Source: Lama glama
Lineage: Eukaryota
DNA length: 64,000 bases
Reading direction: 5' to 3'
NCBI GenBank assembly: GCA_028534125.1
Contig: CM052827.1
Span: forward strand, 47,802,001 to 47,866,000
Within the stretch, counting starts at the first letter, position 1. Every line of letters begins with the position of its first letter. Below, piece after piece: positions 41,005 to 55,206 of this stretch. A program made the position numbers and the translations under genes. Under the pieces are notes generated by a model, which was given only the letters and a program-made list of their open reading frames with translations, had not been told where the DNA came from and did not search any database.

Positions 41005-41335
41005 AGCTTCTTTTGTACCAAGCTATGTGTCCCATGAGCGGCTCCAGCCAATGACATTGTGGCTAGGACAGTAAGGCAGTACCATTCCTAGGAGATGTGG
41101 GACTCTGCTGACAGCTGGCTCCAGGACTCCCCAGTGACCTTGCTGAATCTTCCTTAAATGGTACCAGAGTCCAGGAAACTTCCACCCAACTTTCTCTTGC
41201 TCTCCCTTTAACTCAGTATCAGACTTGCTTCCTGGTCTAACAGCTCTGCCATGTCTTTTTCTGGCTCCTTCTCTATTTCACTCCCACGGGCATTTTCCTA
41301 ATAAAACCTTTGCACATTTAATCCCAGCTTGACTT
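41005..41335 (+). mobile_element. ERVL LTR fragment (LTR16-like)
   Basis: ccagccaatgac...ggactccccagtgaccttgctgaa...cctaataaaacctttgcacatttaatccc resembles the recalled LTR16 consensus. Confidence 0.6.
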
Positions 41336-41769
41336 ATAATTTTCAGAGGAATTACACATTTGGCAGATCCTTTAAACCTCTCAGTTTCAATTTTTATATC
41401 TTACAAATTGAGAGAGTCAGGGGCCAGAAAGGAAAGTTAGAAGAGGGGAAAGAATTATCCCGTCTACCATTGCCAGGCACTGTCGCATTTATTATTTCCC
41501 CTAATTATGACATCAACTTTAATGTGACAGATAGTACTGCTGTTTTTTAGATGAGGATGCTGAGGATCAGAGAAATTAAATCGCTAGCCCAGGATGACTG
41601 CAGAGCCTAGATCTGAACCCCAGAACTTCTGTTTCCTCTACCACTTCCTCTTCTTTTCTGACTGCTTAACTGTAAGGATCAGATGAGATAAGAGATGTGA
41701 AAGTATTTGGAAAATGTAAACAAGTGTTACTCCAAAGGCAAAGATGATTATTTCTGGTGGTTGCAGTAA

Positions 41770-41917
41770 TGACCGCTATATAATACGCAGGGTCCAGTTC
41801 AAAATGAAAATGTGGGGCTCCTTGTTCAAAGTTTATTGAGAATTTCGTGATGACACAGCAGAGCATTAAATCAAGGGCGGTCCCTTCTGAGTGTGGGACC
41901 CCTCAAGCCAGCCCTGG
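41770..41917 (-). mobile_element. MER91A-like hAT DNA transposon fossil
   Basis: caaaatgaaaatgtggggctccttgttcaaa...acagcagagcattaaa matches the reverse complement of the recalled MER91A consensus. Confidence 0.65.
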
Positions 41918-43441
41918 TAACAGGTGAATTTTCATTACAGAAGAAATCAAACTGAACTTGTAGGAAACTTTCCAGAAGAATAAATCAAAAAGCCAGTTGT
42001 TCAGAGAGATCATGTGGAAAAGAAAGCTCTAGATCCCGGGACTCTCAATGCTGCAGAAATGACCCTTGGCTATCATTAAGAGAAGTGACTGTGTTTCAAA
42101 TAAAAACAGAGACTTCTGAGCCAATGGGATTCAGTGATGTTTACGACAAAGCAGGGGCCAGTGGGCCTGATGAGCCTGTGGCAATTCCTTACCAGCGCCT
42201 GTGTTTCTGGTGCTGGATGCGTGGACTGCTTCTGAAGATATCTGGGGGCTTCTGCTCCAAGCCTGAGCTCATTGGAAAGCACAGGCCCTGCTCCCTTCCC
42301 CACTGAGCTGTAAAGCCACACCTGGGCTCCGTTTGGGGGGCAGTCTGCCCTCTTGAGAACAGCGCTGCTTTCTTCAGGTGTGGGGCAAATCCTAATTTTG
42401 GTCTAGTGGAAACTCACACCCACTTCACTTAACCAGATGGGTGGCACCATGCTTCTGTGGCAACTTTAGATTTGAGCAATCAGATTAAGGGTTCCTGGAT
42501 GTAATAGGATATGAAACTTTAAGGCAGGCAAATCATTGTATGATTTCTCCTGTGGCTGGGGCATCTTTGGTTGGGTCCAATGTCCATCTGTCAGGAAAAA
42601 CATACATGAGCCTCTTTGTAAGGCAATATGAGATATCTGTGCACATTATCATGGCCCCTGGTGCAGTTGGCTTCCAGGGAGCATACGGATCCTCTTAAAC
42701 TGGGCAGGGAAATCCATCAGCATTGTCCTCTTTCCTGCTCGGGTTTGACCTTCCACTTTGAGGTTTTGACATGGTTAATAAGAGCTCCTCTATCATTTCA
42801 TGGTATAAAAGCTGGTGACAGCCTGGAAGAAAATAGTCATGAATCTTACTGAAGAGTGGAGGACCTCCATTGTCCTGCCCTGTGCCTTTGGGCAATCTAG
42901 CACCAGCCTCATCTCTCACCACCTCCCCGTTTGTTCTTTGTGCTAACTAATGCTGTATTGTTTTATACTTGTTTACTTTGGTGGAGAATACTTGATTGGC
43001 CTGGAATGCCCTTGTTTACTTTATACACAGAGGGACTTCTCTAAGATGTTGCTCAAAATGTGAATTGCTCGATCCATCCCCTGGGCTCTCATTCCTCTCA
43101 CTTGGTACTGATTCACAGATAGTCAGCATCGTTTGTATGTGGCCTTCCCAACTAGTCGGCATGTATCTAAAGGACTGGAATTGTTCTTCCTGGTTTCCAT
43201 AGACTTGGGGACTTGCAGTCTCCAAATCATAGTGAATTTTTATTAAATGATAGATGAACCAGAAGTGAGTGAATGAATTAGCCCCTGTCCAGAGTCTGTC
43301 TCCCAGCATCCTTCCACAGCACCAAATCGTTTCCTACATCATCTTCCTCTTATTTTGGCCTCAGTGGAAATGTAGATATCATTTCTTCATAGCAAACTGT
43401 AGACCATCCTGAGCCTTCCCCTTTCACAGAGAAACAATCTT

Positions 43442-43945
43442 TGTTGTGGGGCACAGTGGGGTGGCTGGTCAGTGAGCCATCGACACATGGGTTGGTAAAA
43501 GAATTCAGTAGAGATGAAGTATAAGAATAGAAAGGAGTTCATTAGGGTTCACTGTCACAGACAACAGCGGGACACACAGATGGACAGGTGTCTGTGTGAG
43601 CACCGAGGGCCAGTTATTGGGGTGTTTTATAAGGTCAGGTCACAGGGTGCACAAGGCTCTGATTGATTGTAGGTAAGGTAAGAGGTTTAGGGTCCATGAA
43701 GAGTTGGTGGGGTTTATGACTCTGATAAGGTGGGCTGAAACAAGGCCACCTGAGCATTTCCTAGGGCTATTCGTTTGTTAGGGGAGACACGCCCAGTAAA
43801 CAGTGTACTTTATCTGATGAGGAATCACAGACAGACAAGAGAGCCCAGAAATGGGGTTCGTTGGACTTTTAAGGACATCAGTGGGCCCAATACTTGTCTC
43901 CTTAATAAAGTCAGGCCAGCCTTATTTTTTGACCATTCCGCTACA
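43442..43945 (-). mobile_element. Solo LTR
   Basis: Minus strand TGTAGCGG...CCACAACA termini, TATAAAA near 43625-43631 and a decayed poly(A) signal AATGAA near 43538-43543. TSD not clean. Confidence 0.7.
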
Positions 43946-44139
43946 TCCAATATTCTTCCTGGAAATTTGAGGAAATTGACCAGTAGCAGGGTCTATATTT
44001 CCAGTTTAGTCTTGGATATTGAGAAGGCCAGGATGTGGTCAGCATGGCTTGACAGGGCAAGGAGTGTCCAGCTCTCTAAAATTCTCCTGGGTAGTACGTG
44101 ATTCGGTGTCCAGTTTGGGTGAGGAGAAAAATTTCCCCA

Positions 44140-44239
44140 AAAGATCACAGGGGAACTATATCTTGGGACCCAGGATAAGGTGAACCAATAAAGATCACAG
44201 GGGAACTATATCTTGGGACCCAGGATAAGGTAAACCAAT
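44140..44239 (+). repeat. Tandem duplication, 2 x 50 bp
   Basis: aaagatcacaggggaactatatcttgggacccaggataaggt[g/a]aaccaat twice, one mismatch. Confidence 0.95.
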
Positions 44240-47179
44240 GTCACCAAATAATTCCACAGATATAATAGATTATGGGTTGCCAGAGACGTACCTGTGGATT
44301 ACAGTTTTTATATCATCCACCGCTTACACCCAGAAATGTTCAGAAATGAGTCTGTGGTATCTCACTGTCTCTGCTGAGGGTCAGGGGGAGTCATTTTATA
44401 AAGAGACAGGTGCTGGCATGTCACCTAGGTATTGTTTAAGATTTCAGAAGAATATTAAAGATGACCTGTAGGACTATGATCAAGCCTGTAACAAATGGGG
44501 AAATTTTTCAAAGCCAGAAACATTTTGTTAGCATAGGTCTTTTGAAAGGAGAGAGAGAAAATTATGATAGAAAAAAGAAAAGAAAAAATTCTAAATCTGT
44601 GGCTGAGAAAGCATAGATATTCACCTCTCTAGTGTGTCTTTAGGTTGTAATGTTTGTGCATGCCTTCTCTGTACTGTACAATGGGATAAGGCTTTAGCTC
44701 TTTAGATTTGTCAGAGGCCAGTAGGATTTGGTTTGTTTCCATGCAGCAATTACAGAGTGTTGGGGGGGGTGCTAGATCTAGTCATTTATAGAGAGGAGGC
44801 TGTTATGACCCAGGGAGGGAGGCTTCTGAAAGAATCTGTGAGCTCCCTTACACCCAAGCACTTGGCTTCTTAGTGACTAATTTCTGTGGTATAGGAGGCA
44901 AGACTGTGGGAGGGAGCCATGGGACCTCATGATTGCCCTGGGAGAATTTCAGGGATAAGCTGGGACGTGTTCCAGGACAGTCTCACAGGCTTCTGGTGAA
45001 GGGCTGAAAATCTGTCCTGAGGCCAGCTGTGAGGGAGAATGGAGAGAGGAGTGTATGGAGAAGACTTGTACTTGTTTAGGTGTGTCCTGATTTCAAATCT
45101 CTTGTCTCATTTGTAGACTGTGTGTCAGATCACAGTGTCTGATTTTTAGTTACAAAAATACGGTTATGATCGATGTGGAGAATTTACAAAGGACACCATC
45201 TACCCTTCAGGTGATTGTGTGATCCTCTCTGAGGGATCTCTTTGAAATTTGGTACCTGAGAGGAGTAGCACATTGGGTCCCTCAAGTTTCAGAAAGATGT
45301 TTTCTGAACTGCTTTCCAAGAAACTCTTCCTAGGTGTTTATTAAAAATTGGGGCTGTGGTTTCATAAATATTGGGAATATTGGGTTAAGCAAAATTAAAC
45401 AGAAATCTTTACTCAGGAACTTCTCAGAGCCCTTAATTTGCTAACATAAACCGTGACTCTCAAAGACAAGGCATGTGGTGTCCTAACTTACTGCTTGAGG
45501 AAACTTACTGGTCTGGATTATCTCCTGATACAGTCGTTCAAAAGTACACTCTTTAAAAAAACATACATTGGAAATAAAATGTCCTTACAACTTTTCTTCC
45601 AAGCCAGGAGAATTTTGAGAAAAGCCAGGGCACTATTATATCCGTATAACAAATGTAAAGTAGAACTGTCCCAGGTAAGTTAGGGACATCTGGTCACCCT
45701 ATTTGGGTGGCGTAAGCTTAGCATCTCACGGAACAGGCTGATTGGGGTGGCTCTGGAGCACTGGAGTTTTAAGGAGGAGGTGGTATTGATAAAGACGCTT
45801 GCTGGAGATGCAGGAGGTATCAACAGCAAATTCACAGTTGACTTAGAGACTTTTAAGTGCACAGTGAGGGAGGAGGACTTCGGAAGGCTCCTTGGCAGAG
45901 CTGCAAACAGTAGCCATCAGTATTGTAGGTGGGAAATGCGTTGCCATCCCTGGGCCAGGTCTTCCTGCCATTCAGCTGGCCCTACCCAGGCCCTGTATTT
46001 CAGCAACATAATATGCTCACCAGTGGCATCAGGTCTCTGTGTGAGAGCCCATGACCCCTACTTGTAAAACAGCCAATTGCAAAAACAAACAAGCAGCTTC
46101 AAGGACCCTGGGAAAAGAGAATGCCATTTCACCCAGGATCTGCCAAATAAAACAGTCTGGGGAAAACAAAATAAATAACTTCCTTAGGCCTAATGAGAAA
46201 TGGCAAGTGTTTCTAATTCAGGCTTCCTCTGGGCCTCCTCTCTCTGATGGGCCATTGGAACCTGGTCTTGCAGAAGTTGCTGCTCTTTGCCCAGACTGGG
46301 CCTGGTACACAGCTGGCTTAGCTGCTCTGGGTCTCTTCTGGATGGCATCACGTACCGCATGTAGCATGGTGCCCATTTCGTCCTCCCACATCAGACGATT
46401 TTTCGAATCTTTCATCAGCTAAGATCTTCTGTTTATTTTGCCTGACTCCAATCCTGGAGCCTCAATCAGAGGGAGACTAGTAGAGAAGGCCATCTCAACC
46501 TCCTTCTCTCCCTGCATCAGAAGTAGGCAAGCTCATTATTTAAATATGTCTGTAATATGTATATATATGATATATATTGCAAAACCTTTTAATCAGGGAG
46601 TGACATGATTAATTTTTTTTTTAATTTAGGAATATCCCTCTAGTTGCAGTAGGAAGACTGGATGAAAAGGGACGATTCTGGGGGCAGGGAGCTCAGCAGG
46701 GGAGATTTTGCAGGAGTGCATCTCCAGCTGTGCTAGCGGCTGAGAGAGCCCAGATGCCCCAGCGTTCAGAGGGATTCTCCTGTTTCTCTCAAAGCTGTAG
46801 AGAAGGGACCAGAAGAGGCAGCCTGTAACAAAGGCTTGCATCTGCATAGAGACTATTAGTACTTTGAAAAGCACTTCCACAATTATCTGACGTGATCTTC
46901 ACAGCCATCTTGTGAATTTGGAAGTGTACGGGCTTGTATTTCCATTGCAGAAAGAGGGACACTCTGAGGCTCTGAGTGGTTTCACACGTCTGCTGATGGT
47001 CACAGTAGGGGTTAATGATAGAGCCAGGCTAGAACTCAGGTCTCCTAATTTCCCATCCTGAGTGTGTTTTATTGCAGCAAGTTCCTTGTCAGATAGGAGT
47101 TCTTTCAGGTTCGCTGCCTGAGTGTGTAAGGGAAGGTGGTAGCCGTACCTCACCCCTCCATGATGAGAAAATGTGTATT

Positions 47180-47375
47180 CTTTTCTTTTTTAATTGAAGT
47201 ATATATATATAGGTTTACAATGTTGTGTTTATTTCTGGTGTATAGCATAGTGATTCAGTTATATACACACACACACACACACATATATATTTCTTCTCAT
47301 ATTCTTTTTGATTATAGGCTATTACAAAATACTGAATATAGTTCCCTGTGTTATACAGTAGGACCTTGCTGTTTA
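47180..47375 (-). mobile_element. Short L1 3' terminal fragment with internal (CA)n
   Basis: aattgaagtata...tttctggtgtatagcatagtgattcagttata...gttccctgtgttatacagtaggacc. Confidence 0.85.
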
Positions 47376-47467
47376 TGTGTTTTTTTATGTTAGTGCGTCT
47401 CTGGAAAATGGGTGTTCTAGGGAGTGAAGTTACAGGCTCCTGTTTCCATAAAAGGACAAGTTTAGCC

Positions 47468-47920
47468 ATTACACTGGATTGAATAGAGTCCCCCAGTTGA
47501 CATCCTTCTTGCAACCTTAGAATGTGACCTTGTTTGGAAACACAGTCTTTGCAGATGTAGTTAGTAAGTTAAGATGAGGCCATACCAGAGTAGAGTGTCC
47601 TAAATATGACTAGTGTCTTTACAAGAAGAGAAAAGACCCAGACACAGAGACACACTAGGAAGAAAGCCGTATGGCAACAGAGGCAGAGATCAGAGCGATG
47701 CATTTACGAGTCAAGAAATGCCGAGGATTGCCGACAACCACTGAAAGCCAGGAGAGAGAGGTGTGGCACAGGCTCTCCCTCAGAGCCTTCCAGAGGGAGA
47801 CAAGCTTGCTGACACCTTGGTTTCAGACTTCTGGTCCCCAGAAATGTGAGAAAATACATTTCTGTTGTTTTAAGCCTCATCATTCATGATACTTTGTTAC
47901 GGCAGCCTGGGAAACTAATA
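47468..47920 (+). mobile_element. MLT1 (MaLR) solo LTR
   Basis: agaatgtgaccttgtttggaaa, gtctttgcagatgta, cagaaatgtgagaaaatacatttctgttgttttaagcc, ending gaaactaata. Confidence 0.85.
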
Positions 47921-47929
47921 TGGCTATGC

Positions 47930-48580
47930 TCTGAAAAAGCATCGTCCAATGGAAATGGAATGCAATTTGCACAGATAGTTTTAAATAGTTTAGTAGCTGC
48001 ATAAAAAAGTTAAAAGGATAAGTTAATTTCAATAGTATATTTTATTTAACCCAAGTGTCAGTTATGCACGATGAACAGGCCTTAGAGATCTGCTTTCCAA
48101 TGCTGTGCCTGCAGTTAACAGTACTGTACTGAGTACTTCACAGTTTTTGTTAAGAGGGTAGGTCCCACGATAAGTGTTCTTACCACAGAGAAAACAAACA
48201 ATGACAAAAGAACAAAGGGGCACGGGGAAACTTTTGGTTGTGATAAATATGTTTATTACCTTGATTGTGGTGGTGGTCCATAGGTATACGCCTATGTCCA
48301 AACTCATCAAATTGTGTGCATTAAATGTGTGTAGTTTTTATATGTCAAGTATACTTCAATGAAAGCTGTTAAAAATGATGAGGCCCCCAGAATGAAAACA
48401 AAATTATCATTTAAGCATGTAATCAACATAAAATTATTCATGCTATATTTTATAATCTTTTTTCAAATCTTGGAATTTGATAGGTTTTTACATGTACAGC
48501 GCATCTCAGTTTTAGACTTATTATTTCAAGTCTTCAGCTGTTACACGTGACTAGTGGCTTCCATTTTGGATAGCGGGGTT
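47930..48580. mobile_element. MER3/MER33-like DNA transposon interrupted by an old L1 3' end (~48060-48375)
   Basis: gtccaat...taatttcaatagtatattttatttaacccaa on the left and cagcgcatctcagttttagac...gactagtggct on the right. Confidence 0.6.
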
Positions 48581-48611
48581 GAGTTTTCCTCTCCATTTAT
48601 CAAGCTGATGT

Positions 48612-49685
48612 GCACTGCAGCAAAGAAAGCCATGAATAAAACAGAAAGACAGCCTACAGACTGGGAGAAAATATTTGCACATGATGCAACTCAGTAACAA
48701 CAACAACAACAACAACAAAACCCAATCAAAAGATGGACAGAAAACCTAAACTAAGACATTTCTCCAGTGAAGACATACAAGTGGCCAATAGGCACGTGAA
48801 AAGATTCCCAGTACTGCTAATTATCTGAGAAATGCAAATCAAAACTATAATGAGGTATCATCTCACATGGGTCAGAATGGCCATCATTAAAAAGTCCACA
48901 GACAATAAATGCTTGAAAGGATGTGGAGAAAAGAGGACTCTCCTACAGTGTTGGTGGAAATGTAATTTGGTGCAATCACTATGGAAAACAGTATGGAGAT
49001 TCCTTAAAAAATGAAAAATAGACTTACCGCATGATCCAGCAATCCCATTCCTGAGCATATATCTGGAGAAAACTCTAATTTAAAACATACCGTATACCTC
49101 AATATTCATAGCGGCATTATTTACAATAGCCACTAGATGTGGAAGCAAGCTAAACGTCCATCAACAGATGATAGGATAAAAAAGTTGTGGCATATACATA
49201 CAATGGAATACTACTCAGCCATGAGAAAGAATAAAAGGATGCCATTTGCAGCAACATGGATGGACCTAGAGATTATCATTTTAAATGAGGTAAGCCAGAC
49301 AGAGAAAGACAAATATTATATGATATTATTTATATGTGGAATCTAAAAAAATGACACAAATGGGCCTATTTACAAAACAGAAAGAGACCCACATACATAG
49401 AAAACAAATGTGTTGTTACTAAAGGGGAAAGGGAGGGGAGGGATAAATTGGGAATTTGGAATTAGCAGATACAAACTACTATATATAGAATAGGTAAACG
49501 ACAAAGTCCTACTGTATAGCACAGGGAACTATATTCAATATCTTGTAATAACCTATAATGAAAAAGAATATATATATGTGTGTGTGTATGTATGTGTGTG
49601 TGTGTATATATAACTGAATCACTATGCTGTACACCAGAAACTAATGCAACATTGTAAATCAACTATATTTCAATTAAAAAAAGAA
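48612..49685 (+). mobile_element. 5'-truncated L1 (ORF2 C-terminus + 3' UTR + A tail)
   Basis: ORFs [22 protein letters not shown]...[10 protein letters not shown] and KLWHIHTMEYYSA...FAATWMDLE are L1 ORF2 C-terminal motifs. Confidence 0.95.
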
Positions 49686-52600
49686 AGATGATGCATTGCA
49701 TTACTTCAGTGAAGGTGGGAAAGGGAGCAAGAAATGAGTCTTTGCCCTTTGCACTGTGCCTTCTGATGCTCTCTCAGTTCCTACTGATTTGTCCTAAACA
49801 TACAGCCATCAAACACCCACTGCTCCTCTGCCAGGAGCATCAGGTCCAGCCCTGACCCTGGGGCCAGCAGCACATGGGATGGGGCAGAATTCCTTTCCAG
49901 ACATGCTGCTTCCACGCCATCATTTCAGGGCATGTCCTAGGACCGTCTCCTTGGCCTGACTGAATCTTTCTCCAGCTTTCTGCCTTCTCCCAGGGATGAG
50001 GGATTCTCAGTCTTCTGGCTCCTTCTTGGAGCCCCAAATATCCATTGACCTGAAGCATCTAATTAAGCACACATCCTTCCTTCCCTCCCTTACACTGCTG
50101 CTTGGAGTGAGGCAGCAGGCGTGGGTTTGAATCTGACACTGACAGATTCTTATGCTGATTCCAAAGAGATGCCCAAACCAAATGTTACAAAGACAAACCA
50201 TATGGGAGCTCCGGCACTCTGCGCCATTAATAGGAATTTTTAAACGACCATGATTGATGGTGCAGCTCTTACAAGTCCAAGATCAATGAAAACGCATCTT
50301 GATCTTTTGAACTCCCTCATTTTTTCTTGGATCCTTTTCCTGTAGTATGAGGCCCATTTCTGTGATGCCTGAAGGCATCTGGGGCCCCTCCGATGGACTC
50401 ACCATCCATACCCTTGCCAGCCTGCCTGTCTGTAGAGTGGCAGAGGCTGAGGTGAGGGCCTTGGAAACCAGAATTCTCATTGTGAGGTTAAATGCCAAAC
50501 AGGCCTTTCAGAGTAGAAATTCCACATCCTGCCTAGAAAAGGACTCTGGACCACGTGAGGAACATCACTTACCTTGTTATAGTCTGAGGGTAATAATATC
50601 AAGATAAACATGGATGTTCTTGAGTTTTTGACTGCACACTCATTCACCTGTGCGTGGAAGGGATGCCTCCTCCCCACCCCCTGCACTATACCAAGGCATT
50701 GAAGAGGGGCTTTGTAGAGAACTGCCTTACTTTGGAGTCTTGACCTTCTCTTCAAATCTGAAGATCCCTCTCCTGAGAATGCATACGCAAAAAAAATTTT
50801 CCATGCAATTTCAGGGCATTCACAAACCTGCAACCCCTCCATGAACCTCATATTAAGGACAACTGATCCAGAGTAACTATTATGGGATTGAAGTGAGGCA
50901 GTCGGATTGAGGTGGGATACTGTAAAAAGGCAGGAAAACAGATCTTTTTCTTTTTTTATGTGTTTCTCAGAAAGCTTGCAACGATGCTTTTCGAAAATAT
51001 GTTCCTTGGTAAAATGAGTTTGGGAAACACTGCACCCAGTTCTCTCTCCACTTCCACTTTGGAAATTTATAAGGCAGAATGGCATATTACATTTTCTAAG
51101 AAATCTTGGAGAAATTCCAAATTAATTTAACTAGGAAATCTTATTTTTGTATAGCACCTCAAATATCCCACAGAATATACTTGGGGAAATACTGGCCCAT
51201 CTTAAATCTGGACCAACGTGTAGACCATTCCACATCTTGGTTTCTCCCATGGGAGCTGCTGCACCCTGCTTTTCTTTCCATTTCCAACTACCATGTATGC
51301 TCCTCTCCCTGCTGTGTTCTGAGTGGCATGACCGTCAATGCCCCTGGCTAAGTGTGAGGAGGTAGGGCCATGAATGAAGACATCAGGTCTGCCTTTCTGC
51401 AGACACCCAGGAGGCATCATGCAACTGTACTTTGCTACAGAGGGTGCCATTCTCATAGAGTACAGCGTTACCAACGTTCCCTGGAATTGAGCAGTGGGGT
51501 GAGACTGAAGTGCAGACTTCATTCACAAAGGGGTTCGCTGGCCTTTGCTCTTTCTCTGGTGTGTGGACAACCAGGATTTCTCTTTGGTGCCAGATGTCTA
51601 GAGCCACGCAATAGGAATCCCAGCTGTCAGGCTCTGTGGGAGACCTGGCTGAAAGAGGGAACAAAGAAAATGTCTCCAAGAGGTTGGCACTGGAGGTGTG
51701 CCTTGAGAGACGTGAGGCTTTCATTCAGCGGTGAAAGGTCTCTTTGATAGAGGGGATGGACTGAGAAAAGGCAGGAGGCTTGAATCTCATGGAATCAGTG
51801 GTCCCTGGGGCACACAGTTGGAAACAGATCTCCACAATTAAAGGGCACCTGACTATCTTTCCTGGCTTATATTTTGGAGAAGGCTGCTGCAGGGTACAAA
51901 CTTCATTGAAGGCTCTACAGTTGTGGTATGGTACAGAGTTAGGCGTTTGGCAGAATATCCCAAACCCAAACATGTTTTCTCCTCTTCCTTTTTTTAAAAA
52001 ACTTTTTTTTTGGTTAATTATTAAATCCTGGGTATTCCGTGGGAAACTTAATCCATCTGTTTCTGATTCTTTCACACTTATCGAAAAGTTATTTTGTAAA
52101 AACTTTTGGGTAGCCAAGCATCTTTCAGAACCACTTCCATAAGCCTTGAAAGCCTATTTACTTTGAAGCAGGAAGTTGCTATTTTGCCAAGGAAACATGG
52201 GTCTTGGGATGGAGAGCCCCACTGCGGGACTTTCTGCCAACCTCGTGGGGTTCCCCAGCCAGCCAAACCATCTCTCCATTCTGGGCATGAGGCTGCAAGG
52301 TTTCCCCCAGTGCCGTGACTTTGTAGGCAGAATGGAGCCAGCATTTTCTGTTTGCCATGGAGGTCATTGTACCTATGAGATTGATCAGTTTCTTGGCACC
52401 TTCAGCTTGCTTCAAGCACCAGAGGAAGTGAACTCAGCATGCGGTTTCAAATGCTTTTTCCAAATCAGATTTCTTCAAACAAGGAAACTCCTAGGAACAT
52501 GAGGATAGCCATTTAGAGGGCAGCTGCCTTTCCAGTTTCCCTCTGGCCCCAATGTCAGGGACCACTTCTTACCTATCTTTGAATCTGCAGTCTTTATCTC

Positions 52601-53940
52601 AGGGCTCGGCATAAAATAAGTGTTCAGGAAATGTGCACTGACTGCTGGCTCAGGGGTCAGTGTGTGAAAACAAAAATCACAGAAGTTCTCTTCACCCAGA
52701 CTGAAGCAAACTAAGTCTTTAAAAAAAAATTCTCAAGGGATTCTTGTCTGTGTGGATATTAAAATACGTATCTGTTCTTGGGGTGGGGTGGGAATTTTAC
52801 TTCTACAATATAAAGAAAATAATTAGTGCTTCTTTGAAGAGAATATCATGCTTACCAGGCTCCCAAATGGTTTAATTTCCATGAGGGAAGATTGATGGAC
52901 TCAGAAAATATAACTGTTTTTCCTGTAGCAAGTGAAAACCTTATTAGACTGAATTGGTTCATGGTCGCCTGTCTTAACGCTTTTGTCATCATGGTTTTGA
53001 TTATCCTGCTCAGAATTTCCAGGGGAATTTGAGAGTTTGAAATAGAAAAGCATCTGATCTGTGGGAGTGAAAACACTGGAAAGTGAAATCAGACCGGAGT
53101 TATGGACAGAGGCAGCAGACAGAGGTGTTGACAACATAAGACGGAGTTTGACAATAATGGTAAACTGTTATTGAGCATTTCCCATCTGCCAGACACCATT
53201 CTAATTGCTAATTTGCAGTGTTTAATTCTCACGAAAACGTTTGAGGAAGGAACTGTTACCTTCTCTATTTACCAATGAGGAAACCAAAGCACAGAGACGT
53301 TGTCACTTGTCTGAGGTCACGCAGCAGAGGCAGAATTTGATCCCAAGCAGTGGACCTCCAGACTCTGTGTTCGGAACCCCAACCCAGCTACCTACACCAC
53401 TTCTCATCTGTGCACAGTTGACAAGGCGTTTGGAGCCCTTTGACCTCAGGACGATGACTGGGATGATGATCACAATAATAGCAATGATAATTGCTTTGTC
53501 TGTGTTACAGGGTGACTCTCGGAACCATTTCAAGTAATGACTATAAATACATTTGTAATATAAAGCCTGGGCCTGACTCAGATCAATGGCTCTATAAATA
53601 TTTTTTGAGTAGCAGAATGAGAAAGAATAGCTTTATTATAAAATAAAAGTTAACTTTTTCCCCCAAATCTGCTGTGCTATCTATTCATACAGGGTCTTAA
53701 TAGAGTTTAACACACAATAACTATCCCCCCACCAGAAACTTTTCCCTGGAGCTCATGTATAAATAAGNNNNNNNNNNNNNNNNNNNNNNNNNNNNNNNNN
53801 NNNNNNNNNNNNNNNNNNNNNNNNNNNNNNNNNNNNNNNNNNNNNNNNNNNNNNNNNNNNNNNNNNNNNNNNNNNNNNNNNNNNNNNNNNNNNNNNNNNN
53901 NNNNNNNNNNNNNNNNNNNNNNNNNNNNNNNNNNNNNNNN

Positions 53941-54340
53941 GTGAAGTTAAGTCAGACAGAAAAAGACAAATATCATATGATATCACTTATGTGTGGAATC
54001 TAAAAGAATGGTACAAATTCTATTTACAAACCAAAAACAGACTCATGGACATAGAAAACAAATTGTGGTTACCAAAGGGGAAAGGGCGGGGGAGGGATAA
54101 ATTAGGGGTTGCAGATTAACAGACACACATTACTACGTATAAAATAGATAAACAACAAGAACCTACTGTCTTGTACAGGGAACTATATTCAATTTCCTTT
54201 AATAGCATATAATGGAAAAGAATCTGAAAAGAGAAAATACATATGTATGTACATGTGTAACTGAATCACTCTTCTGTACACCTGAAACTAACATTGTAAA
54301 TCAACTACACTTCAATAAACACTTAAAAATAAAAAAAAGA
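53941..54340 (+). mobile_element. L1 3' end
   Basis: gtcagacagaaaaagacaaatatcatatgatatcacttat...aacattgtaaatcaactacacttcaataaa plus A tail. Confidence 0.9.
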
Positions 54341-55206
54341 AATCCCTTTTTTCCCAATGTCCCTTTCACCTCCTTGTTCTAATTGGCTCTTCCCTAAGGA
54401 CACTACTCCCTTTGCATTCCTCTGGGAGGGTGGCTGGTTTCTCTCCCACGTCCCTGGCACCACAGAGCCTGGAACAGGATAGGAGTCCTCCTTGCTTCTT
54501 TTTTTTTTTTTAATTCATCCTCAGTTTTAATGCAATGAATAATTTAAAAGGATACATTTCAATTTTAAGGACATTATTCTAATTTGGTAAAGTAGTTCAT
54601 GGCCTATTTTCATGTAAACTGTGTACCTACAAAACAAGATATTACATCTCACATTTTGCACTGTCTCACTACATTAATTTTTTATTTTAATTGAGCTCCT
54701 TGCTTCTTATTTCTGGTCCCAAACCATTGTCCCAGTATCTTCCATAAAAATGACCAGATTTGAAACTCAACATCGGATTAAATCATCTGCCAGTTTCCTT
54801 TGGGCAATCGTCTGCCGACCCCAGCATCACTTCCCCTCATTCCTGACTCACTGTCACTTTCCCTGTTACTGTGCCCATTAAACTCTTGATGATTTCAATA
54901 TTTACATAGTCCATTCTTCCTGTACACTGGCCTTTCAGCTCCTTGACCTCCCTTTCTCCAAACATCTTATACTCCATCTGACCTCAGCCAGTGACTCTCA
55001 TGGTCATACCCACATGACTGTCCCCACTAAGAATCTCATCCCCTCCAGAATCTTAATTTTAAGAATCTCAGTATCTGACCACTGCTTCTTATCTTTTTTA
55101 TTTTATATTATTTTCGTCTACCTGTATCATCCTTCTCTATTCCATTTCCTTGCCTCCTCTCCAGAAGTAACCATTATCCCTAATTTTGTGCTTTTAATTC
55201 CCTTGA

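Noticed and set aside
50477-52502. Cluster of 100-200 aa ORFs
   Set aside because: No domain signal, contradictory strands, and no exon support.
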